From NCBI RefSeq assembly GCF_011386835.1, contig NC_088792.1, positions 174,406,001 through 174,470,000 of the forward strand: 64,000 nucleotides of DNA. The letters run 5' to 3'. The notes beneath the pieces are model-generated. The model did no database searches, had not been told where the DNA came from, and worked only from the letters and a program-made list of their open reading frames with translations. Both the position numbers and the translations under genes were made by a program. This DNA is from Chrysemys picta bellii (Eukaryota). The first letter of the stretch is position 1. Each line of letters opens with the position of its first letter. Of this stretch, positions 13,151-24,593 are shown one piece after another.

Positions 13151-14015
13151 AATGTTATCTAAACTGTCTCTGCCTCTGAAGCAGAGCTGACTCAGAGAGC
13201 AGAATTTTGCCCAATTGTGTGTTCTAAAGTAGCTTCTACCTGTATAAAGAGAGTCAAGGAACTTGTCATCGGAGTACAGCATAATTTTCAAAGGAAATCT
13301 GAACAGAAGAGGCCATGATTGCAGTTTGGAGGAGGGTTTTTTGACAAGTTAAAACATTTTGTTTAATAAATGAAATGTGAGTTCGCTTCAAGCTCTGGTG
13401 CTTAGACTGACTGAAACATTTATTGTGTACAGGAGGAAGGGCAAGGGAAATTGAACATTAAGCGTGACCCCTCTAATGTGGGATAAAAATATCAGAACAA
13501 TGAGTACAAGGAACAGTCTGTTCTTGTTTTCAACAATGGTAATAATATTGCATCATTGAAATATAATTTCATTTAGTCAGTTAAAAGGTTATTAAGCTGC
13601 TATCATGGTAAATAGGACATTAACATTGAAAATGAATGTCACTGATATCATTGAAATAAGTTCTTGCCGTTCCCTTAATATCTCTTAAAAGCTCAGCTGA
13701 ATGTTTTTGATCGGTCTAAGATTTGTAGTTTTAGGAATTATATTATATGTGCGTTCATAAAAAGTCTTTGAGAACATTGCTCATTTTAATGCTTACTTTG
13801 CCATAGTATAATGTATTTCCCAAGAATATTGAATTAATGAACATCTTGCTGCATTATGTACAGATCTGTCCATCCAATTAAGTATTTTATATTGCTGCAT
13901 TTGGAAACAAATTGCTTTTCCTCCCCTACCTCTCCCTACTCCCCACCAAAGTCAACTCTAATTTAGGGATAATATAGCTAATTCTTTTTTGAGTGGTGGT
14001 CCCTGTTGTATTCCA

Positions 14016-15705
14016 AGGAGCAATAGAATGTATTCCTCCACAATATCAAGGGACAGGTTTTTTACTCAACTTACTTCCTCATACCCAAGAAGAAGGGTGG
14101 GTGGGGAGACCAATTCTCAACCTCCACCACTTCAACCACTTTATTCACAAGCTAAAATTTTGCATGGTCACATTCGCAGCAATAATTCTGTCTTTAGAAA
14201 ATGGCATGCGGTTCATTGCTTTCGATAAGAAGGATGAATGCTGTCATGTCGATATTCATCCTGCCCACAGATGATTTCTCAGATCTGTGGTGGGCTCCGA
14301 CCATTTGCAATACAGAGTACTACCATTCAGGATAGCTACTGCCCCCTCAAACTTTACCAAGGTATTTTCTGAGGTAGCAGCTCATGTCAGACCTCATGGC
14401 CGCCTTGTCTTCCCATTTATCAATGACTGACTCCCCGCCACCAAATCTCTCCAGGAAGCCTTAATGTCAACCTTTATGATTCTCTGTCTCCTTTCCTCAT
14501 TGGGAGTCAGTGAGAACATTGAAAAATCTGTTCTTACCCCAATGCAGTCTTTGAACTTTGACGGGGCAACCTTGAACTCTCTCACTACAAGGGCCTATTT
14601 GCCCACAGATAGATTCCGGACCATGAACGATATCATAGCTCACATCACAAGCAGTCCTCAAGTAAAGGTCAAAACATCTCTGTCCCTGCTTGGCCACGTG
14701 AACTTGTGCAACTACATCACTCCATTCGCAAGACTCCACCTTTGTTACCTTCAAACATGGCTACAGTTGGTTTACTCCCAAAGCCACCATTTTGTGAACC
14801 TCATGCTGACAGTTTCTGCCAAGGTACTGTCTTCTCTCCTATTGTGGACAAATCCTCCTCACATATGTGTAGGGGTCTCCTTTCTCCCCTCTTCACTGGG
14901 CAAGACCATCATTACGGACCTGTCCCTACTAGTCTGGAGAACCCATATGGGCAACCACATGGCACAGGAAACGTGGACATCTTGAGAGGCTAGAATGAAC
15001 ATCAATATCCTGGAACTATGGGTGGTATAGAAGACATGTGAGTCCTTTCTTCCTTTTATCCTCTCTCACCATGTCCTTGTAATGTCAGACAATACTACGA
15101 TGGTCTTCTACATCAACAAACAGAGGGAAATAAGATCTGCCTCCCTGTGTGCAGAGGCAGTCAATCTCTGGAACTGGTGCATTAGCAAGCAGATCACCCT
15201 GTCTGCAGCCTACCTTCCGGGGATGCAGAATATGCTTGCAAACTCTATCAGCAGAGACTTTGTGATTGACCACAACTGGGAACTTTACAACCCGGTGTTT
15301 CATGTCATTTTCACCCAATGGGGGACCCCAACCAGGGATCTGTTTGCTTCCCAGGCCAATAGCAAGTGTGCCACATATTGCTCCAGGGGATCCCTAAGTT
15401 ACTGCTGCCAGGGCGACGCTCTCCTCCTTCCCTGGTCAGACCAGTCCAACTATGCCTTCCCTCTACTATTGCTTCAGCCATGAGTTCTATGCAAGATCCA
15501 ACTGGACAGGGTGACAGTCATCCTGATCTCCCCTTTATGGCCCAGACAGTTTTGGTTCCCCAACATTCTGCACTTGTTGTCTTGTCCCCCAATTACCCTC
15601 CCAATATTCCCCGAGCTCCTGACCCAGTGCAATGGCAGGATCAGACATCACAATCCACTACTGCTTCACCTCAGGGTGTGGTATTTGGATGGTCGTCAGC
15701 CCTAG
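14016..15705 (+). pseudogene. DIRS-A pol (RT, RNase H, MT-like domain), disrupted
   Basis: GAIECIPPQYQGTGF; LPFRIATAPSNFTKV; YxDD decayed to FIND*; SDNTTMVFYINKQ (RNase H); DLFAS..YAFP..VILISPLWPRQFWF; several frameshifts and stops. Confidence 0.85.
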
Positions 15706-16740
15706 AACAAGTGTGCTCCTCGGCCGTGCGAGACATCCCCTCTAATAGCAGAAAGGACTCCACCAGGAAATGTTACCAATCTAAATGGAAACGCATCTCA
15801 TCCTGGACACAGCAGAGAGGCGTTCTACTGAAAGCTATGGGTATCCCACTCATCCTAGACTATATCCTATATTTGAAGACATCGGGCCTATCCCTCTGTT
15901 CCTTGTGAGTCCAGTTGGCAGCTATCAGTGCATTCCATCCCCCTGCTGAAGTCTACTGTGTTTTCGCACACCTGCTAACAACTCTAATCTGGAAAGGCCT
16001 GATAATAACTCCCCCCCCCCCCCCCCCCCAAGATAACACCTCAATGGGACTTGAATCTTGTTCTTTCGGTTCTGACATGGCCCCTCTTTGAAACCTTAGC
16101 GACTTGCTCCATGTTCCTCCTCTCCAAGAAGCTAGCCTTTCTCGTAGCCATCTCATCAGAAGAAGGGTTGATGAATTGGTGCAATTATGGCAGACCCTCC
16201 ATACATTCTGTTACACAAAGATAACGTTTATTTACACCTGCACCCCAATTTTATCCCTAAAGTGGTTTCAGAATTTCATCTTCACCAATCCATTCACTTA
16301 CCTGTATTCTTCCTGAGACCACACGCGGGTCTACAGAGGAGTATAGCTCCACTCCCTAGATGTTCGACAAGATTTGGCCTTTTACCTGCAGGGAACCAAA
16401 CCATTCAGAAAGTCCCCAAGCTGTTTGTCGCTGTAGTGGAGAGAGTCAGAGGTCATGCCATCTCCAACCAGAGAATTTTGAAATGGATATCTGGTTGCAT
16501 TCTACTTTGCTATCAGTTCTCAAGCCTCCCGCCCTCCCACGGGGGTACGAAGACACTCCACAAGAGCCATGACTGTAGCATCTCTTCAGGACATACCCCT
16601 CCTAGACAGCTGTAAAGCGGCCACATGGAGCTCTGTCCACATGTTTGCAAGACATTACGCTCTGGTACAAGATTTGGCTGCTGATGCCTTATTTGGGATG
16701 GCAGTTCTCTGCTCAACCCTACTGTTCTCATCCTCATTCC
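15690..16740 (+). pseudogene. DIRS-A tyrosine recombinase, frameshifted
   Basis: RKDSTRKCYQSKWKR; RRRVDEL (catalytic R, about 16160); HSTR at 16554-16565; AATWSSVHMFARHY with Tyr at 16656-16658; C19 run at 16011-16029. Confidence 0.85.
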
Positions 16741-17456
16741 CCCCACCTATTAGGTACTGCTTGACAGTCATCCACAATGGAATAGTATAGAAACCATCAC
16801 TCGAAGAAAAAGAAGAGGAGGTTATTTACCTCTAACTGGAGGTCTTCAAGATGAATGATCCCGATCTGTATTCCACTACCTGCCCTTCTTCCCCTCTACT
16901 TTGGATCTTATTTGATTCACAGTGGAGAAGGAACAGAAGAGGCGGTCGGTCTGCCCCGCGGTTTATCACCTCGGAAGTACAAGGAGAGCCAGGGCTGATG
17001 CGTGGGCCAACAGATACTACTTTCAGATTCTCCAACTCCAGGCACATGGTGTGCATGCATAACCCACAGTGTATAGGGATCACACATCTCAAAGAACCTC
17101 CAGTTACAGGTAAGTAACCTTCTCTTCTTCTTCGAGTGATTGTTTATGTCTATTCCACAATAGGTGTGCTTGCTCGCCATGTGCACCGGTTCTGGAAGTT
17201 TTTCCCCTAGCAATACCCGTAGGGGAGCGCCCCAGCAACCCCTGGAGTGGCGCCTCCATGACGTGGTATAAGGGGCGCTGCATGCTCCCCCCCCACCCTC
17301 GGTCCCTTCTTGCTGCCAGTGAAGGGGCTTCGGAACTGTTCTGCTCCAGCTTGTCTGCAGCTTTCCTCCAGAACTCTTGTTCGTTCAGTGTAGTAGTACC
17401 TGTAGTTGAAGTAAGTTAGTGTAACTTAGTTTAGTTTAGAGCGCCTGGGCCAGGGC

Positions 17457-19380
17457 ATGACCCGTGACCCGGGTTTAAAGTAATGCGACACTTGTAGGCA
17501 ACCGGTGCCAGTGAGTGATCCGCACACGGACTGTTTACGCTGTCTGGGCGAAACCCATCTCAGCAATTGCTGCAAGATTTGCAGGTCTCTCAAGCCTCGG
17601 ACCAAGAGGGAAAGAGACATTCAGCTCTGGGCTATCCTGATGGAGTCGGTGTTGACCCTGACTCCGGTGCACCGCTCCGAGTCGGCACCGGGTACCGCGG
17701 TGTCGGTGCGTGGCGACCCCTCGGTGCCATCTACCAGTCGGCACCACTCCCCGTCCACGGGACACACCAAGAAGTCTAAGAAGAGGGGCTACCGTCTCCG
17801 AGGGGCTACCATAGCCGGTCACAACACGAATGTCAACGCTGTTCCCGTTTGTCAGTTCACTCCAGGACCCTGCCACGGCACAGCTCCCGCAGTTCCGGGC
17901 ATTGATCGCCGGCGCCTTGCCATCGCGGATCCACCGCCGGAGCTCATCGCGGAGCAGTTGCTACCGGTGGCACCGTTCCTCCATGTCGGGATCGCGGTCT
18001 CGTGGTCGGCACCGTTCCCGACACCGCTGCTCCTCCTGGTCCAGGGACAGCGACAGGTCATATGTCAGTCTGGCCTCCCTTCATAGTCGTCGATCGATGG
18101 GACAGGCCAGTCAGACTGAACAGCCTGCTCTGCCGGTGCCGCAGCAGGTGCAGTGGCACCGGGCTCCGTAGCTGGCACAGTGGTACCAATGGGCTCCATG
18201 ACCCCCGACGCAGCCCCCGGTGGGGGCTCGCACAGTGGCCGGAGCCTCGGACCGGCCTTCGGCCTCCCTGTCCCAGCCTCCAAGAAAAGAGTTGGTGAGA
18301 CGTGTATCTTCGGTTCTGTGCCTGGAGGGCGACCGAGTACCATGCAAAGTACCACACCTGCCTCCTCACCCTCCCCTGATGAGGCAATTACAGCCCCTCC
18401 TCCTTCCGTTCCGCAGGAGGACTCTAAAGCCCACCAGAAACTATTGAAAAGGGTGGCATCAAGCCTCAACCTTCAGGCTGAGGAGGTGGAGGAGCCCTCA
18501 GACTCCCTCTTCAACGTCCTGTCCACCTCGGTGCTGGGCAGGGTGGCTCTCCCACTTCACAAAGAGGTGGCAAAAAATTTAAACGCCTTGTGGCAAACCC
18601 CGGTTTCCTTGCCCCCCATCTCTAAGAGGGCTGAACAGAAGTACTTTATGCCTGCCAAGGGGCATGAATACTTGTACACTCACCCTGCCTCCAACTCCCT
18701 GGTGGTCCAGTTGGTCAACTACAGGGAGTGGCAGGGCCAACCAGCCCCTACTCTGAAAAAGAAAGACTTAAGGAGGCTGGACTCATTTGGGAGAAAGGTT
18801 TATTCGTCCTCAAGTTTCCAGTTAAGGGTGGTGAACCATCAGGCTCTCCTGGGTCGGTATGAGTTCAATTTGTGGGGCTCTCTTCCCAAATTCTAGGACT
18901 CCCTCCAGGAGCGTGACAGGAAGGAGTTCAAAGCTCTGGTGGAGGAGGGTACAGCAGCTGCCAGGGCAACCCTGCAGGCAGCGTCGGATGCGGCAGATAC
19001 GGCTGCACGGTCCATGGCTTCCGCAGTGTCCAAGAAAAGAGCATCGTGGTTCCTGTTGTCTGGACTGTCCAGTGAGGCACAGACCTCCCTGCAGGACCTC
19101 CTGTTTGAGGGCAATACTCTGTTTGCGGAACAGATGGACGTGAAGCTGCACGGCCTGAAAGATTCCCACACTGCGCTTAAGACACTTGGACTCTGTGTTC
19201 CGGCTCCAGCTAGACCTAAGTTTAAGCCTCAGCAGGCTCCCACCCAGGTCACCTGCTCTAAATATGAGCCCCCTTTAAAAAAAGTTACGGGACTATAAGA
19301 AATGCCCGCAGAGGCAGTCCTGGTCTGTTCCCGAGCCGGGGTCCTCCAATGGTAAACAGGCGGAGAAACGGCAGTTTTGA
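17457..19380 (+). pseudogene. DIRS-B Gag: N-terminal Cys/His finger plus LAP2alpha-like C-terminal domain
   Basis: ATG 17457; C-x2-C-x12-C-x2-C-x4-H...C-x2-C; RLDSFGRKVYSSSSFQLRVVNHQALLGRY...AARSMASAVSKKRASW..SG...DLLFEGNTLF; in-frame stops at 17481 and 18894 and frameshifts. Confidence 0.8.
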
Positions 19381-20621
19381 CAGGATGCTCGGGGCGACTT
19401 ACCCGTTCAGATCAGGGATCCATCTGCAATAAAGCTTCCCTTCTCCAACCAGTTGTGTGCTTTTCTCCCAGAGTGGTCGCGGCTGACCTCGGACTGATGA
19501 GTCCTCAGCACCATCTCCCAGGGCTACATCCTCCAGTTTACCTCTACCCTGCCCAACCACCCTCCGCCCTCGTCCCTCCTGGGGGACCCCTCTCACGAGG
19601 CCCTGCTCGAGCAGGAGGTGGGGCAGCTCCTTGACCTAGGAGCAGTGGAAGTGGTGCCAGCAGAGTTCAAACGCAAGGGGTACTATGCCTGCTATTTCCT
19701 TACCCCAAAGGCCAAAGGGGGGCTCAGGCCCATCCTGGACCTGTGAGGCCTGAACCAGTACACGGTAAATCTCAAGTTCCACATGGTCTCTCTGCCCTCC
19801 ATCATCTCCTCCCTGGATCCCAGGGACTGGTACGCCGCCCTCGACCTGCAGGACGTGTACTTTCACATTCATATATTCGAGTGGCACAGGCACTTCCTCT
19901 GTTTCACGGTTGGGCAGGAACACTACCAATTTACGGTCCTCCCGTTTGCCCTGTCCACTGCTCCCAGGGTATTCACAAAGTGCATGTTTGTGGTGGAGGC
20001 CTACCTCAGAGGTCGTGGGGTCCAGATTTTCCCCTATCTGGATGACTGGTCCAGGGCAGCTCCCAGTCGCAGGTGCGGGATCACATGATGCTCCTTCTGT
20101 CCACTTGCACCACCGTGGGCCTGTTGGTAAATGACACCAAGTCCATGTTAGTCCTGGTACAGCGCATGTTTATTGGAGCAGTCCTGGACGTGACATTGGC
20201 CAGGGCCTCCCTCCCACTGGACAGGTTCGAGACCCTGAAAGGATTCATCGACACAGTCACAACGTTTCCCGTGACGACAGCCAGAGCGTGTCTCCAGCTC
20301 CTGAGTCAGATGTCGGCGTGCACATATGTGGTTCGCCACATCAGACTCTGGATGAGGCCCCTCCAGCTCTGGTTGGCTTCGGTGTTGTCCCAGGCCAGAG
20401 ACAGGATGGACAAGGTACTCACTGTGCCCCAGCCGGTGATGCCTCCCTACAATGATGGTCCTCCCTGGGGAACATGATCCGCGGGTCCTGTTCAGGAGCA
20501 GGCCCCCATTGGTGGAGCTGGTGTCCAACGCTTCAGACATGGGGTGGGGAGCCCATGTGGGGGACGTTCAGACCCAAGGTCTGTGGGCTGCCCAGGACCT
20601 CGCCCTGCATATAAACGTCAA
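19378..20621 (+). pseudogene. DIRS-B reverse transcriptase and start of RNase H
   Basis: PKAKGGLRPILDL*, WYAALDLQDVYFH, LPFALSTAPRVFTK, IFPYLDDW, SNASDMGWGAH. Confidence 0.85.
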
Positions 20622-20912
20622 GGCTTGGACCAGGGCAGGACGGTACAGCTCCAGGGTCCTACGCTGGGAAGTTGGTGGTTATTTTGGCTGTAGCCTCTAT
20701 TTTTGGTTCACATGCAGTGGCTGGTCAGCGATCCTGCATGTAACTGCAGCTGGTTGTGTCCCTACCTGTGTATATCCTGGTGGAAGTGTAAGACCAGGAG
20801 TGTGTCTGCAGCTTGTCACAGCAGCACAGTGTGAGAGGGAGCCCAGCCAGGTGGGTGAGAGGGCTCAGTGGTACCCCAGTTCTAGGTGGCACCCTGAGGG
20901 GAACCCGTCACA
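20622..20912 (+). mobile_element. 3' part of an LTR fused to the broken end of DIRS-B
   Basis: Ends GGTGGCACCCTGAGGGGAACCCGTCACA, an LTR-type ...TCACA terminus; abrupt loss of DIRS homology at about 20621. Confidence 0.5.
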
Positions 20913-21314
20913 CATCCCACCTCTGCAGACACAAGCAATATACTGTACCTTGCTCCTAGAACTTCAGAGCCTGGGAACTGAATCGGTTGCAACAAACTGA
21001 AATCTCTCAAGCCCATCAGACTCTCCTTACACACTGAAGGTGCTACATTTGTTTAACTCCACATATAATTTCTTTAGCATTTATTTTATCATGACCCAAA
21101 ATGTCTCTGAATGAAGAAATAGAAAACTGGTGTAAAATGAGTTTATGGTGTACTAGGCTATACTGACTCCCTCTTCTTCAAGATCCACTAACAGTGAAAC
21201 CAGCGCTGTTCCACTCTGCAAGCAGGGGACCATTTGAGGGGGAATTGTTTCACAGGAGTTATGCACCCTAGGTAAGGCACTGAGCCCTGTCCAAGGAATC
21301 TGCCTCATGAAGGG

Positions 21315-22440
21315 TGTGACGTACTAGGATACAATCCAGACTAATGAGTAGCTGTGTCACCCCTACCCTATAACCTGCCTTTACAATGCCTTGCTGCTGT
21401 AGCCTCCAACCTGGACTGCTCACAAACAGCCTCCTCACACATGTAAGTCACTCCCAGCTATGTCAGTGTGGGTGCTGCAGCCAGCCAGCCAAACCTTGTC
21501 TCTTACCAGCCTTGGTTATGCTGCAGGGGGACCCCAATACACCCCCAGCTCTGGATATTCCCCCAGAAATATATAACCTGTCTTGCCCTGCCCTCTCCTG
21601 GACAGCACAAGTATATTAAGTCCATTATTACCAAGTGGAGTTTCCCAGACACTTCTGTTTGAATACACTGGATTAGATAAAATAGTAAAACAAGTTTACT
21701 AACTACGTAGAGAGAGATTTTAAGTGAGTACAGGTAATGAGGCATCAAAGTCAGAAATGGTCACAAGAAAATTAAAGGTAAAACTTTCTACTGGTCCTAA
21801 CGTAACAAACTACATTAGATTCAAAGCAAAGTTTTCTCACTACATGCTTTCAGCAGTCTTACTGACTAAACAATTTAGGTCAGGACCCATCCCTCACAAT
21901 CCAATAACTGCTTCCTTTGTGTCTTCAGGGCCAGTGAATGTGATGGGCAGGGAGAGAAGGGTGTGTGTGTGTGTGTGTGTGTGTCTTGTGCTGTCTGCCC
22001 CTCCTTTTTTTAGTCCTGTCCCCCCTTCAAGAAGCATTTCCAGCTGGGAGCAATGTCACAAGCAGTCTGTCTGGAAGGACTCTCCATGCTCATTCTTTGC
22101 TAAGATGTAGATTTTTGCTTCTGCCCCCTTTCCTGCCAAAGAGTGGCCACTTAGCAGGTAATGGTGCATCCGCCTTTTTACTCCTGGCAATGGTGTCAGC
22201 TTGTCCTTTGTCTCCGAGGAACTAGTTTGACCACTTCCCAGACTTATCTGGAAAACATGCTTTTAGTCAGGATCTCAGCTTGTGTTTATAATTTCACATA
22301 TAACGCTGCTACGTGCATTTTGCCATGATATTATTGATCAGCAAATTAAGAGTTTATAAATGATACCTCATAAGATATGCCTTATACAAAAATTATTCTA
22401 ATGTGTGTAAGGTGTGAATACAGGGGTGCATTCTATCACG
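21315..22440 (+). mobile_element. Probable solo LTR / LTR-like repeat (about 1.1 kb)
   Basis: TGTGAC ... TATCAC(G) ends; internal (TG)n at 21961-21983; TSD not clean. Confidence 0.5.
21961..21983. repeat. (GT)n microsatellite
   Basis: gtgtgtgtgtgtgtgtgtgtgtg. Confidence 0.95.
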
Positions 22441-22942
22441 GAGGATCCTCCAGTGGTGGGATTTGTGTGGAGCCGTGGGACTGTACTTCAGCCATTGGAT
22501 TGAAGGAGTGTCTTTGGGGTACTTCTGAAGTAACTCCACAGTTGTGACGTGTGTAGTGAATTTCTCTTCCCTGCTCCATCAGGCATCTGCCAAACATGCA
22601 GTCTGGCTGTAATGTTTTTAGAAAAACTAAACTCAAAATAGAGAATTCCTTGGCTCAGATAGTTTTTCATTTGACAAAATATGAAAAACTGAGTATGTGT
22701 TTAATATAAAATCTCATGTAGATCCCACCTTATTTTTTTTAACATATGCTATGCAATCCTGTATTTGCTCCCTTCTGAAACTCAGTGCCGATAACGTGGA
22801 AGGGAAGTAATTCTTGGTTTTTGTTCAACTTTTTGCTGTTTTTGAGGACTTGTGAATTAAAGCTAAAAGCTTTAGCCATATGGATACTTTATATTGCTGT
22901 GACTGTGGCAATGTACAGAAACTGCTGTCTGTAGTTAGTGAC

Positions 22943-23230
22943 AGCATTGCCAACCTAAGCAGTCAAAAAGCATTTGTCAGGTCCCCCAAAATTATGAAGT
23001 TGGCGTGAAAATTATGAGATGTTTAAAACCAGTAAATGTGGGTTTCTTTTTTTCTGCCTTTTGGTTATACTTGAGTCATATATTCCAGCTTTTCTCCAAA
23101 TCAAAAGGGCTAAAAAGTTATTTTTTAAATATATGAAAGATGAAATTCTCATGACCTTGGGAGCTGGAGTTTTTAAGAAAAACACCAAGTTTCACAAGAC
23201 TCACGATAAAATCATGAGATATGGCAACAT
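22943..23230. mobile_element. Decayed MITE-like repeat with TTGCCAAC / TGGCAAC ends
   Basis: agcattgccaac ... catgagatatggcaacat; a related remnant lies at about 43665-43760. Confidence 0.4.
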
Positions 23231-24593
23231 TGTAACGGGGCAGTCAGTTTCTTTCATTCCTGCGTATAGCTTTGAAACAGCTTAGTTCTGCCCCTGAAGA
23301 TTATGTTGAACCAGGGATCTATGGAGCAGCTGAGAAGCTGAGCCCAGACCCACAAATATAAAAAATATAAAGGGACAAAGCACGTTAGTACAGAAATGGG
23401 GTGTATGTGATCGTGTACTATGCCTGTGTGAGGCCAGGAGTTTAAAGGGATTAGGAATCCTTGTTCCAGGGTATGTGAAGATGGAAAGGTTATTAGGAAC
23501 CCTTGCCCGGAAACAATTAGGGTCCTTTATCCTACAAATTAAAAGGAAGAGGAAATTGACTTCTGGGGCTGGACAGCTTGATAGTTGTGCTGTAGGGAGA
23601 CAACTGTCCAAGGAGGACATACTTCTAAATCATTGGGAGTTTATTTAAAGACCGTTAGGGTTTACTCCCCGCCCCCTTTTTCCCTGAGGAAAGAAGGAAT
23701 CAGATACGGGTTGTTCAAATCTTATTTTAGAGATTCTATCTCTAGCACTTTCCTTCTTCCTCCAAAGGCTTGTATTTGTGTAAGTCCTAAGAAGAGGTTT
23801 GGAAATTTTGTTCTTTTTTTCTTGCACAAGGAATGAACAATTGACTGCTATTTTATTTAAACCTTCCTGTGATGGAGTGGGTTATATCTGTATCAGATTA
23901 TGACTTCTATTTTTGTACCCTGTCTTCCATTTTGTGTGCTGGCCATTTTATATTCTGTGTTGAAAAACCAGCCTGATCTTGACAGGTCAGTCTGTTATAC
24001 TGCATTCCAGATAGGTGCCCAGCCCAGGAAATATGCTTGATGCCTAGTTGAATGACTGTGACTGAGAAGCCATCACAGAGTAATCTAGGCAGGGCCTTCA
24101 GCTTTCATTGTCTCTCAACTGCTGACCCAACAGCATGGAACAATGAACTCTACACAGAAGCCTGACTGGGGGGAAGGGACTGGAGTTTATCAACCTGGGC
24201 ACATGGCAAAAGGGGACAGACACAGTGTTTAAGAAGGTGTGTTTCTCTCTGAAAGGGAACCAACCTCTGCCATGTGCAAGAAGAACTGGCTTGAGAGGGA
24301 GAGAGAGTCAGGAGGCAGGAGAGACCCAGTCTGAAACACTAACAAGACCTTGGACTCTCAGAAGGGGTTAGATTAGACTAGAAGTGGGGTGAAATCAGTG
24401 CATTCCAGGACTTTTGTTATTTTAAATAATATCTGTAACTCTCTAGTCCTTTTAAGAGTAACGTAACAGGGGTTAAGAAATTCCTTTGCTAAATCTGTCC
24501 CCCTTGCCTTCCTGTCATATTGTCCCTGAAAGCTTTAAACTAGAATTTCAGAGTGACCACAGCCTACATGAAACTCTGAGGGAGCATGTTATA
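23231..24593 (+). mobile_element. Probable solo LTR (about 1.36 kb)
   Basis: TGTAAC ... GTTATA ends flanked by AACAT / AACAA (near-TSD). Confidence 0.55.

Larger units (their letters stand above)
13982..17127 (+). mobile_element. DIRS-type (tyrosine recombinase) retrotransposon A, gag deleted, both termini and ICR present
   Basis: Left end TTCTTTTTTGAGTGGTGGTCCCTGTTGTATTCCA, then RT, RNase H, methyltransferase-like domain, recombinase, ICR 16779-16862, right end ...CCTCCAGTTACAGGTAAGTAACCTTCTCTTC. Confidence 0.85.
17128..20621 (+). mobile_element. DIRS-type retrotransposon B (different family), 5' end to RNase H start, 3' truncated
   Basis: Begins TTCTTCGAGTGATTGTTTATGTCTATTCCAC; gag, RT with YLDD at 20035-20046; breaks off in RNase H at LALHINV. 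Confidence 0.85.

Noticed and set aside
16011-16029. C19 run as a programmed frameshift site in the recombinase
   Set aside because: Better explained as homopolymer expansion or sequencing error in an ORF that has other lesions.
17800-18470. Dense overlapping ORFs on both strands as extra genes
   Set aside because: Expected from the GC-rich low-complexity linker of DIRS gag.
13982-20621. A single circularly permuted DIRS element integrated from its circular intermediate
   Set aside because: RT is present twice and the two copies are strongly divergent; element A also has its own left terminus at 13982. Two elements explain it better.
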